A stretch of DNA of 64,000 nt, taken from positions 1-64,000 of IMG/VR virus record IMGVR_UViG_3300030098_003519; one strand, written 5' to 3'. Positions within the stretch are counted from its first letter, which is position 1, and every line of letters begins with the position of its first letter. A model generated the notes under the pieces. The model was not told the DNA's origin. It worked only from the letters and a program-made list of their open reading frames with translations, and made no database searches. A program made the translations under genes and the position numbers. This DNA is from a virus. Positions 38,647 to 47,639 of the stretch are shown piece by piece.

Positions 38647-41600
38647 TTATCCTAGAGCGATTGCCATTGCGACTGCTTCATCAAGTGCGGAAGTAAGAAC
38701 ACTAGTTCCATTAATTTGTACGTCTGTCTCACTATTTATTACACCAGAAGCAGTAGAGATTCCAGTGGTATAAGTACCATCATTAGTAGTACGGATTTTT
38801 TCATTTCCATTATAATATAATTTAACATCTTGACCATTAATAGCTTGAAGATATCCTTTATTACCAGTAACACTCTTTAGTTCAATAATATTTGATTTTA
38901 TAGTTAAATGACCATAAGTATCTTCAAACCTTGAAGAAGATCCATCATGGAATAACTTTATGTCGTCATTATTTCCAAGGTTTAACGAAATACCATCAAG
39001 AAACTTAAATGCACCAGCAGACTGATCCCAGAATGCAGATGTAATACCAGCAGTTTGACCAACAAATTCTACATCATTATTAAATGTAGATATACCAGTT
39101 ACAGAAAGACTTCCAATACCAGCATTTGAAGCAACAGTAAGATCATTTGCGATAGTTACATCATTAGGAAGACCAACTGTAAGTGTTTGACCAGATGCAG
39201 AAGTTTCTATTTCATTAGATGTTCCTGCAATAGTTAATGATTGACTATCAAGATCAACAGCACCAGTTCCACTATCACCAGCAAAATCTAAATCTTGTGC
39301 TGTTACAGTAGTATCAACATATGCTTTGATAGATTGCTGAGTGGCCAGTGCTGTTGCACTGTCTGATGCCATATTATCTTCATCAAGTATGGTATTAATA
39401 CCAACTAATGTCTGACCACTAACACCTACATTAAGAGTTGCAACTGTAGTAATACCAGTAACATTCAATCTAGCACTAGTTGTAATACCAGTAACATTCA
39501 ATCTAGCACTAGTTGTAATACCAGTGACATATGCATCATTGTCTATATGAATAGATCCACCAATACCAACTCCTCTTTGAAGAGTTTCAAATTTTTTCGA
39601 TGCTGCATAATATAAATCTACTGAACCATCATTGATGAAATTGGCCATATAGCCACCACCATATTTCTCAAGAAGAATGCCTGATGCTCCTCTTAATACT
39701 AAATTACCTGTACCAGTATCATCAATTCTACTATGCCCACCTGCATTATCATGCCATATTTGTAAATCATCCGAATCTCCTAATAATATCTTTTTACCAT
39801 CAACAATAGTAACATCATCACTAAATGTAGAAATACCAGAGACTTGTACAGTACCACGAACATCTAATGTCGTTGTTGGTGTTGTACTATTGATACCAAC
39901 ATTACCAGTGCCATCTACTATAGTAAATCTTTCATCACCACCAGATGAAGTTCCATCTTTTATTGTGAAATTATTAGTACCATATGAACCAACCAACCAT
40001 CTTTGAGTTCCACCACTTGATAATTTAAGTCCATAATATCCACTACTTCCAGAGTCTGCTTCAAACCAAGCACCAGCAGTCGTAGTTCTTACTTGAATTA
40101 TTGCATTGTTAGATGTCTTATAAACGTCTAACAATTCTCCTGGATTCTCAGTTCCGATACCAACTTTACCATCTGATTTGATGCGAAGTCTTTCATTAGT
40201 TGTTATATCTGTTCCATTGGTATGGAACGACATATAATCACCAGTATTATCATATTTTATTAATCCCCTTCTTGGATCATCACTATCACCAAAAACAATT
40301 CCTGTATGTCCAGTAGTATTTCCTGTAACTCTAATTGATAAATTACAATCAGTTGCTCTTCCGATACGGAATCTCTGATTGTCATCATATCCAGTGTCAT
40401 CAATAGCAGTTCCCGTCTCAATAATACCATCCTGTTTAATACGAAGCCTCTCTATCATGGTTCCTGCTTCTGCAGTAAAGAGACGCATTGATGCATTATC
40501 TTTATTCGTTGTATCATTGCCAGCAGCAACAACTATTCTTGCTACACCAGTTCCATTCCAGTGTCCTCGAAACTCCGCTAAATGTTCTCCTTCAACACCT
40601 CTGTTAGCATCTCCAATGAAACGTCCTGAAGAGGCATCATCAGTTGCTTTAAGTAATATTGATGGGTTTGTAGTGCCTATACCTGTTATTATTTCACTTG
40701 GATTATCAGTACCAATCCCCAATTTACCATCTGATGTGATGCGAACTTTTTCATCAGTTCCTTGAGTTCTAAAAATAATACCACCACTTCCACTTGCACC
40801 ACGATCCCCACTAATATAAAGTGAATGACCACTTTGAGATATATCACTATATTGAGCAGTATCTGAATCAGTAAAACGAATAGTTGGAACTGGAGTGTTT
40901 ATATGAAGATCCGAGGCAGGATTAGCAGTTCCTATACCTATATTTTGATTTTCATCTATAGTAATTGCTACAGATCCACCTGTAGTAAATCTTATATTAT
41001 CAGCAGCAGGTCTATCAATATAAGTATTCGGATCATCCGCAAAACCTAATTGCTTTCCAGCAGCAACCTGAATGTGCTCAGAAGATGTCCATGCATCTGT
41101 GGCATCTACCCAATTTAATGTCTTATCTCCGTCTCCACTATCAATTGTAATACCTGCTCCGTCTGCAGCTGCATCATTCGCAGCACCCTTGGCAATTTCA
41201 ATGTTCTTATCCGTCACCGTCATGGTGGCAGAATTTACCGTAGTCTGGGTTCCATCGACTTGGAGATTTCCTTTAACAACAAGTAATCCAGTATTGTCAC
41301 CTACAGTTGCAGGATCGATATACATGGTTGCAGGGCCTTTAATCAGTCCTGTACTAATACCAACAGAACCTAATGTAGTAATACCAGAAACTACTAATCC
41401 ACCAGTTATATTGAGATTTGAATTAGCATCAAAAGTTAAATTACCACTATCTTCAAGAGCACCAGAAGTACCAGCAAGTACAACTCTATTATCTGTTAGA
41501 TCTGAAATCTTAGCAGAAGCAGCAGTAAGATCCGTACCATCAAATGTTAAATTACCACTATCTTGTAACTCTCCTCCTGTTCCAGCATATGTTACACGAC

Positions 41601-42729
41601 CAGCAGTTAAATCTTCTACCTTAAATGTATTTGCCTGACCACCACCATTAATATCAACTAATTGAGTAAATGTCGATAAACCTGCTACAGATAAATTAGC
41701 ACCAGCACGAACATCATCTGTCAGTGTTGATATGCCAGTAACATATAAATCATTGTCTATATGAATAGATCCACCAATACCAACTCCTCTTTCAAGAGTT
41801 TCTAATCTCTTAACGTTTGAATGATATAATTCAACATTCGTTGCATTAGCACCAGATGTATTAGCAGTAATAAGAGTTTGTGTATCACCAACATTTTTTA
41901 CTTGAAATCCACCAAGTATTTTTAATCTTCCTACACCTGCATCTTTTATAATGCTGTCGGCTCCATCATGCGATATTTGGAGATCTCTTGTATTTCCAAA
42001 TGTTAACAGTACATTATCTTTCAACTCTAATCTATTATTAGACTTATCCCAGAAAGCAGATGCAATACCAGAAACACCATGAAACTCTACATCATCTTTA
42101 AATGTAGCAATACCAGTGACATGTAAACTACTAAATGTACCAATACCAGTAACAGGTTTAACACCTATACCACCAGTATAACGATATCCTACAAGATATA
42201 CATTAGTGGTTGTAATACCAGCAGGAAGATTAGTATCATTAAAATTCAGAACACCTGAAGAATAATCAAAGAACCATGCATCACTACTTGTACCAGCTTG
42301 AGGTATTTCATTACTAGAATTTGTTGCAGCTCCTACAAATACCCTAACTGCATAATCTGCACCAAATTGAGAATCTATCCAATTTCCATCAATAGATGCT
42401 GTTTGATTACCATGAGTAGATCTTGCAACAAAAGAACGATATAAACTACTTCCCGATGCAGTAGCATCATGAGTTAACTGATAAGCACTACCAGTTGTAT
42501 TAACTCCTACAGGAAAAGTACTTGTAGTTGGTGGTGTAGAAGGTATAAGACTACTATCTGCCCATACACTTGTACTAGGTACTACTAATGGAGATGGTAT
42601 AGCCTCACCAAAAGGTTGTTTAGATGTACCACTAACAGCACCAGTTCCTGATACAGAACCTGTTTTGGATGCCGTATAACCGATTTTCTTTAATAGAAAA
42701 TCAACCTTTTGTTCAGTAGATGCTGCCAC
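38647..42729 (-). CDS. Long tail fibre protein
   Basis: 1360 aa, GTG start with GGAGAGG RBS; GNLQVDGTQTTVNS, ERLRI modules, DEDNMASDSATALATQQSIKAYVD, C-terminal AMAIALG. Confidence 0.8.
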   Translation of the reverse strand: MAASTEQKVDFLLKKIGYTASKTGSVSGTGAVSGTSKQPFGEAIPSPLVVPSTSVWADSSLIPSTPPTTSTFPVGVNTTGSAYQLTHDATASGSSLYRSFVARSTHGNQTASIDGNWIDSQFGADYAVRVFVGAATNSSNEIPQAGTSSDAWFFDYSSGVLNFNDTNLPAGITTTNVYLVGYRYTGGIGVKPVTGIGTFSSLHVTGIATFKDDVEFHGVSGIASAFWDKSNNRLELKDNVLLTFGNTRDLQISHDGADSIIKDAGVGRLKILGGFQVKNVGDTQTLITANTSGANATNVELYHSNVKRLETLERGVGIGGSIHIDNDLYVTGISTLTDDVRAGANLSVAGLSTFTQLVDINGGGQANTFKVEDLTAGRVTYAGTGGELQDSGNLTFDGTDLTAASAKISDLTDNRVVLAGTSGALEDSGNLTFDANSNLNITGGLVVSGITTLGSVGISTGLIKGPATMYIDPATVGDNTGLLVVKGNLQVDGTQTTVNSATMTVTDKNIEIAKGAANDAAADGAGITIDSGDGDKTLNWVDATDAWTSSEHIQVAAGKQLGFADDPNTYIDRPAADNIRFTTGGSVAITIDENQNIGIGTANPASDLHINTPVPTIRFTDSDTAQYSDISQSGHSLYISGDRGASGSGGIIFRTQGTDEKVRITSDGKLGIGTDNPSEIITGIGTTNPSILLKATDDASSGRFIGDANRGVEGEHLAEFRGHWNGTGVARIVVAAGNDTTNKDNASMRLFTAEAGTMIERLRIKQDGIIETGTAIDDTGYDDNQRFRIGRATDCNLSIRVTGNTTGHTGIVFGDSDDPRRGLIKYDNTGDYMSFHTNGTDITTNERLRIKSDGKVGIGTENPGELLDVYKTSNNAIIQVRTTTAGAWFEADSGSSGYYGLKLSSGGTQRWLVGSYGTNNFTIKDGTSSGGDERFTIVDGTGNVGINSTTPTTTLDVRGTVQVSGISTFSDDVTIVDGKKILLGDSDDLQIWHDNAGGHSRIDDTGTGNLVLRGASGILLEKYGGGYMANFINDGSVDLYYAASKKFETLQRGVGIGGSIHIDNDAYVTGITTSARLNVTGITTSARLNVTGITTVATLNVGVSGQTLVGINTILDEDNMASDSATALATQQSIKAYVDTTVTAQDLDFAGDSGTGAVDLDSQSLTIAGTSNEIETSASGQTLTVGLPNDVTIANDLTVASNAGIGSLSVTGISTFNNDVEFVGQTAGITSAFWDQSAGAFKFLDGISLNLGNNDDIKLFHDGSSSRFEDTYGHLTIKSNIIELKSVTGNKGYLQAINGQDVKLYYNGNEKIRTTNDGTYTTGISTASGVINSETDVQINGTSVLTSALDEAVAMAIALG
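39449..39525. repeat. 33-bp in-frame tandem repeat (about 2.3 copies) encoding TGITTSARLNV
   Basis: GTAATACCAGTAACATTCAATCTAGCACTAGTT at 39449 and 39482, with a partial copy at 39515. Confidence 0.9.
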
Positions 42730-42747
42730 TTAAATACCTCTCCTACC

Positions 42748-44703
42748 TTATGTATCTGCGAATGAAATATCACTAATTGACTGTCCAGAAGTCAATTTAA
42801 ATCTAACTAAAATAACGTTATCACTAGCATTTGATGATGATTCCGTTCCAAATACACAAGTAAATGTGCCACCATTATTATCCATAACACCACCAGATGA
42901 ACATCCAGGAAAATCATTTCTAGGAACACCAGCATTTGGTGCTGCTGCAAACATATCTGCCCAACCATTAGTATTATTCAATCCTGTAGTCCATGTAGAA
43001 TTGTTTGGCATACATACCCAACATCCTGCACAAGAACCAGTATATGATATTGTAAACTCTGAAATACTTGCCTGAGTAAATTTAACTTGGAAATACTGAT
43101 TACCAGTTCTACCAGATGAGAAATCTGGGCCAACTGGAAAATATCCAGTAGAATAATTAGTCACATCATGTCTTAAATCTCCACCTCTCACAATCGCTTC
43201 ATATACCGCAGGTGTTGCACTAGCATTCCATGCAGTCTGTACAGGGGTTGGAGTATCTCCAGTTGCTCCTGCATTGACTCTTGTAGCGGAACCATTAGTC
43301 AAACTACCAACAGTACACTCTATTGCATCTTCATCAACATTATTAGTCCAATCTGCAGAAGTACCCATAATATTTACGGATCCACTCAATGTTGCTCTTT
43401 CATTTTGATCGGTTCCATATGGAGTCCAACAATCCCATCTATGGAAATGATTAGAAGAGATAGTTGCATGAACATTATTTGGAGTATGAGTTGCTAAACA
43501 TGTCACCGCAGTTCCAACACCAAAATTTTGTGTTGGTGGATGAGTTCCTGCTGTTGAACCTGCACCAATAAATTCATTAAATGTTTTATGTTGATCAGGT
43601 CTTGTAAATCCAGTAGTAGCATTCTCTGCCCAAAGAAGTCTATTATTAGTGCTGTAATAAAAATGTCCAGTGGCATTCAATACAGAAATAACATATGTAA
43701 ATGCATTATCAGTTGATTGAGTGTAATGTGGAACACCTGAAGAATAAGCAACGGCATGTTCACCTGTTGTTGGTGTTCTAACCGCACTAAAGGTCATGTC
43801 AGGAGCACCTGGATAATTATCCTCCTCATAGAAAAATTCAGTACCACTTCGATAAGCACCCCATGTGAAATAACAAGAATTAAATCCTACTGGTGCTGCA
43901 GCATCTAATATACGAACATCTAATACTTCATAGAAATTAGATGCAATTCCTGCCACATCAGCATAATCCTGTTCATTTGCTACTTGCAAACCAAGAGTAG
44001 ATGATATTCCTGATGGATTATAGATTCCATTATCAGTTCCAGCATCATATAATCCAAATGATACTTTTAATGCTGTGCTTCCTATACTTGTATTATTAAC
44101 ATATCCAGTAAGAGTTCCAGAATCTGCTGGCCCTTTTTGAGTTATATAATCAGTCGTTACAGTATTATCTAAATTTAACCAATATGCTGTTCCTGCAGAT
44201 GGTGCAGTTGCTGCTGGAGTATTATTAACAGGTGTAAATCCTTGACAAAGAGGTCTTTTAGCAACAGATGAATTTGCTGGATGATAAATCGTATCATCAT
44301 CAATAGTTACAGCAACACCACTAATAGTAGGTGGTGCTGTTGGTACTAATTTACCTAAAATATAATTTATTTCTTCCACCTGATCCTTTGTTTTGTCTCC
44401 TATAGTTGGTGATGCCATTGCTCCTGATCTGAAATTTCCCACAGTAGGAGTTCCAACGATTTGATCACCATGATAAGTTGTTGCAGTAACAACACCAGAA
44501 TATCTAAGAGTTCCTCCACCATAATCTTCAATCCAAGGTGTGAGAAGTGCAACAGTAGTCCCTATACCAACACCACCTGTATCTCTCTCTGCGAACAGGT
44601 GTCCATCGTAAAAATTAAATGCTAATTCGCCTAACTCTAGATCTGCAAGTGCTGGTCTCTTATTTGAGACAGCAGATCTTTTCAGCCTATAGGGGGTTGC
44701 CAT
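42748..44703 (-). CDS. Virion structural protein with Mtd/hyaluronidase-like N-terminal attachment motif
   Basis: 651 aa; RLKRSAVSNKRP..LELGELAFNFYDGHLF N-terminus. Late promoter at 44752-44758. Confidence 0.7.
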   Translation of the reverse strand: MATPYRLKRSAVSNKRPALADLELGELAFNFYDGHLFAERDTGGVGIGTTVALLTPWIEDYGGGTLRYSGVVTATTYHGDQIVGTPTVGNFRSGAMASPTIGDKTKDQVEEINYILGKLVPTAPPTISGVAVTIDDDTIYHPANSSVAKRPLCQGFTPVNNTPAATAPSAGTAYWLNLDNTVTTDYITQKGPADSGTLTGYVNNTSIGSTALKVSFGLYDAGTDNGIYNPSGISSTLGLQVANEQDYADVAGIASNFYEVLDVRILDAAAPVGFNSCYFTWGAYRSGTEFFYEEDNYPGAPDMTFSAVRTPTTGEHAVAYSSGVPHYTQSTDNAFTYVISVLNATGHFYYSTNNRLLWAENATTGFTRPDQHKTFNEFIGAGSTAGTHPPTQNFGVGTAVTCLATHTPNNVHATISSNHFHRWDCWTPYGTDQNERATLSGSVNIMGTSADWTNNVDEDAIECTVGSLTNGSATRVNAGATGDTPTPVQTAWNASATPAVYEAIVRGGDLRHDVTNYSTGYFPVGPDFSSGRTGNQYFQVKFTQASISEFTISYTGSCAGCWVCMPNNSTWTTGLNNTNGWADMFAAAPNAGVPRNDFPGCSSGGVMDNNGGTFTCVFGTESSSNASDNVILVRFKLTSGQSISDISFADT

Positions 44704-44724
44704 CTATGATAATCGGTATGTACC

Positions 44725-44752
44725 AAAAAAGGAGACTATGTAGTCTCCTTTT
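44725..44752 (-). terminator. Intrinsic terminator after the 65-aa gene
   Basis: AAGGAGACT-ACAT-AGTCTCCTT followed by a T-run. Confidence 0.8.
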
Positions 44753-44757
44753 ATTTA

Positions 44758-44955
44758 TCATGGTTCTACATTGTCCTCTGTAAGTATTGGTGGAGTACCT
44801 TCTGGAGTACACATTGCCAATCCTTCAATAGCACCTTGTACTTTCAAATACTGTTCCTTTTTAGCATTAAATTTACCTTCCAGTTCAATAAGTACTGTTC
44901 TTAATTCCTTCTCTTGTCTTTGTAAATCTTCAAGAAGTGCCTCTGGTTGCATCAT
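44758..44955 (-). CDS. Small coiled-coil protein, paralog of 18147-18398
   Basis: 65 aa; KKEQYLKVQGAIEGL aligns with KKQMALKLQGVAEYL. Confidence 0.75.
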   Translation of the reverse strand: MMQPEALLEDLQRQEKELRTVLIELEGKFNAKKEQYLKVQGAIEGLAMCTPEGTPPILTEDNVEP

Positions 44956-44984
44956 GGGTTATAGTTATCTAATGATTTCTATTT

Positions 44985-45013
44985 ATCATACACTAAATAG
45001 TAAAAAAAGTCAA
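44985..45013. promoter_or_regulatory. Overlapping divergent promoters: minus sigma70-type and plus late-type
   Basis: Minus TTGACT (45013-45008), 17 bp, TATGAT (44990-44985). Plus CTAAATA at 44993-44999 ahead of the 850-aa gene. Confidence 0.65.
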
Positions 45014-45015
45014 TC

Positions 45016-47568
45016 ATGACTCGTAAAATATACAAAAGAATTGGATTAAGAAGAGATAAGAACTTTGGAGACTTATCCGATGCTCGTTTATCCTTAAATA
45101 ATCTACTAGACGGTCTAGTAGATACAGTAGGTAATACATTCACTTCGGAAGATTTAAATGCAATACGAAATATCAATAATATTGGATTGAGTAATAGTCA
45201 ATATCTAAAAGTCGTTGGAAGTACTACAAAATATACACCTAGTGGTGGTGGAAGTAATTTATCATACGTACCACACATAACATACCAAAATCGTATTGAT
45301 CAATTCACTGTATTTTCTGGTCAACCAAGAATATCTGGTGGTAATGGACCTACTGCTAGATATTGGCAAAAAGATCAAATTCTTGTTAATAAAGAAAACG
45401 CATCAGAAGGAAAAAAATTCGAGTATTGGCAAAATACAAATAGTACTGCATCTGAAGTATTAGCAGGTGTGACCACAATGGGTCAACTTCCAACAGATAC
45501 TCAATGGGAAGCAGGAAACTTTGATTATAGTGGAAAATTACATCCACAATCAGTTTTAACGGATGGTGGAGTTACATGGGAAGGTTATTTCACAGCAACT
45601 AGAACTGGGCCTCATATATTTGATACTACTACAACTGGATATACCACATTTGACTTTAATTTAGATGGGTATGAAGAAGATAATGATAAAGTCCAAACAC
45701 CAACATCAATTGCTGCTGTAGGAGCAGGAAATACATATAAAGAATGGGTAAGAGTTGGTATAACTACAACCTTTGACGGAAATAGTGCAAGTGCAAATTC
45801 AAACGATTTAACCATCAAGGCAGATTTCTCAAAAACCATAGGTGCTGGAATGTCTGTTTCTGGATCAGGACTTATATCTGGTACTGGTGGTAATGGAGAA
45901 ACAATATGGCCAACTGTAGAATCTTATAATAATCGAATTGACGGATCCACATCAACAGTTACATTAAAACCCATACCTGGTCAAACATACGCAGTAGGTG
46001 GTACTGCTCTTAGCAATGCTACTCTGACATTCTTTAGAAATCTTGGTCAAAGTGTTACCACAAGATTTACTACACAATATCTAGTAGAATTTCGTAGATA
46101 TAGATGGAGAGCAAGATTCTTTTTCCCAAATGATGTTAATACGAATTATTTAAAGAGAATAATTAATTTTGACTATAATTATCCAGGTACATCTAGTATA
46201 GATCTCTACTATTATAGACTTTTTGATTTAGATTACACATTCACGGAAGCAAAGAAAGGTGGATTTAATAGATTCTTCGATGCATCAGTTAGATTTGGAG
46301 GAACAAACCCAATTGGAATTGGAGGAACACTTGCCGAAGCTGGAAAACCAAATCCTTTTGCAGATAATAATCCATATGTAAAAGTAAAGACTTCAGATAA
46401 AATTCAAGCAAAATATTCACCAAAAACATCACTTGCAGGAATAGAAAAAAGATCACAAGCATTCAGTGGTACAACTGGAGGTACAGTACTTCAGTTAAGC
46501 ACAGGACCAGGTTCTTCTTATAGTACTGGAGGAATTGAAATTGGAAACTACGTATTTGGTCCAAATACAGATGATTCCACTAATTTAGTTGCAGAAGGAA
46601 CAAGAGTAGTTGACATTTCTGTTAATGAATTAATAATAGTAGATAAACCTTGCCAAATAGATGCTAGTCAAACTTTAAAATTCATAGATCATCGTGGATT
46701 TGTAAAAAGAATCAAAGGATCTGCTACTCAAGCTGGTGGTTTATTAGTAGCATTATCACCTGGATATTCAACAGGTGATAATGACAAGTGGAAGGAAAGT
46801 CTAAAAAAAGGAATGTTAGTATTGACCACAAAACAAGGTGGAGGAGACGTAAATTCATATACACGAATAACATCGGTCAATTCAGATACTCAGATGAATA
46901 TAAGTAGTGGAATGACAGATTCAACCACTACTCCAATATACATCTACCAATCAAGAGGACTTGTTGATAATTCTCTCGTAACCTTCTGCCCTCAAACTGG
47001 AGGTGCTACAACTAGATGCCATCTATTACCTGAAACATTTGATTCTGATGGAGATGGTACTCCTGAAGCATATATCGCTGCTGCTGGACAAAACGTAATC
47101 CAACTAGTAAGTGTTAGTAATCTTTCTAATGGATTAATAGTTGAAGGTTTTGGTATTCCTGCTGGTACTGAAATTGATAGTGTTAGTGGTAGTTCTATTC
47201 TATTAACTGCAAATTTAACTAAAAGTATTAATGGTGGTGCTACTGTCACCATTCATGAAGCCTCATTAACTGGAGACAGACAATTATGTTGTCCACCAAC
47301 CGATACTTCTCCTCCATTTGAAGCATCTCCCAATGGATTAATGACACCTAATTCAAAAAGAAACCTATCTTTCACACAAGGTAATGTGAAATTTGATGAA
47401 TTAAGATTTAAATTTACAACTTCTGATGCAGGAACTCCTGCTGTTGGAGGTAGAATCGAAAAATATGGAACTGGTAATACAGATGTAACTAGAAAAATTC
47501 ATATAAGGACAGGAGCAGTACAAGATCAACCAAATGGTCTATTCTATCTCTTAGGTACTACATCATAA
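45016..47568 (+). CDS. Virion structural protein with PA14-like segment
   Basis: 850 aa; GGVTWEGYFTATRTGPHIF is PA14-like. It is the only large plus-strand gene. Confidence 0.75.
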   Translation: MTRKIYKRIGLRRDKNFGDLSDARLSLNNLLDGLVDTVGNTFTSEDLNAIRNINNIGLSNSQYLKVVGSTTKYTPSGGGSNLSYVPHITYQNRIDQFTVFSGQPRISGGNGPTARYWQKDQILVNKENASEGKKFEYWQNTNSTASEVLAGVTTMGQLPTDTQWEAGNFDYSGKLHPQSVLTDGGVTWEGYFTATRTGPHIFDTTTTGYTTFDFNLDGYEEDNDKVQTPTSIAAVGAGNTYKEWVRVGITTTFDGNSASANSNDLTIKADFSKTIGAGMSVSGSGLISGTGGNGETIWPTVESYNNRIDGSTSTVTLKPIPGQTYAVGGTALSNATLTFFRNLGQSVTTRFTTQYLVEFRRYRWRARFFFPNDVNTNYLKRIINFDYNYPGTSSIDLYYYRLFDLDYTFTEAKKGGFNRFFDASVRFGGTNPIGIGGTLAEAGKPNPFADNNPYVKVKTSDKIQAKYSPKTSLAGIEKRSQAFSGTTGGTVLQLSTGPGSSYSTGGIEIGNYVFGPNTDDSTNLVAEGTRVVDISVNELIIVDKPCQIDASQTLKFIDHRGFVKRIKGSATQAGGLLVALSPGYSTGDNDKWKESLKKGMLVLTTKQGGGDVNSYTRITSVNSDTQMNISSGMTDSTTTPIYIYQSRGLVDNSLVTFCPQTGGATTRCHLLPETFDSDGDGTPEAYIAAAGQNVIQLVSVSNLSNGLIVEGFGIPAGTEIDSVSGSSILLTANLTKSINGGATVTIHEASLTGDRQLCCPPTDTSPPFEASPNGLMTPNSKRNLSFTQGNVKFDELRFKFTTSDAGTPAVGGRIEKYGTGNTDVTRKIHIRTGAVQDQPNGLFYLLGTTS

Positions 47569-47584
47569 AAAAGGTTTTGACATA

Positions 47585-47617
47585 AAAAAATGTCGGAGTT
47601 TTTTTCCGACATTTTTT
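47585..47617. terminator. Bidirectional intrinsic terminator
   Basis: A-run, TGTCGGA, loop, TCCGACA, T-run between convergent genes. Confidence 0.85.
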
Positions 47618-47639
47618 GGAATTAAAAGTTGATTTTCAA

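Larger units (their letters stand above)
16476..40752 (-). repeat. Dispersed 15-bp repeat GAAAGACTTCGCATC (ERLRI) and companion GGTAAAGTTGGTATCGGAACTG in fibre genes
   Basis: Exact plus-strand GATGCGAAGTCTTTC at 17250, 19902, 20532, 20754, 24265, 25159, 30630, 40180. Near-matches at 16701, 20271, 24592, 25372, 25660, 26008, 26575, 28296, 36615, 37653, 40738. Confidence 0.9.

Noticed and set aside
15264-42729. Diversity-generating retroelement or invertible shufflon as the cause of fibre repeats
   Set aside because: No reverse transcriptase or recombinase in the window, no adenine-specific TR/VR pair seen, and all repeats are direct rather than inverted.
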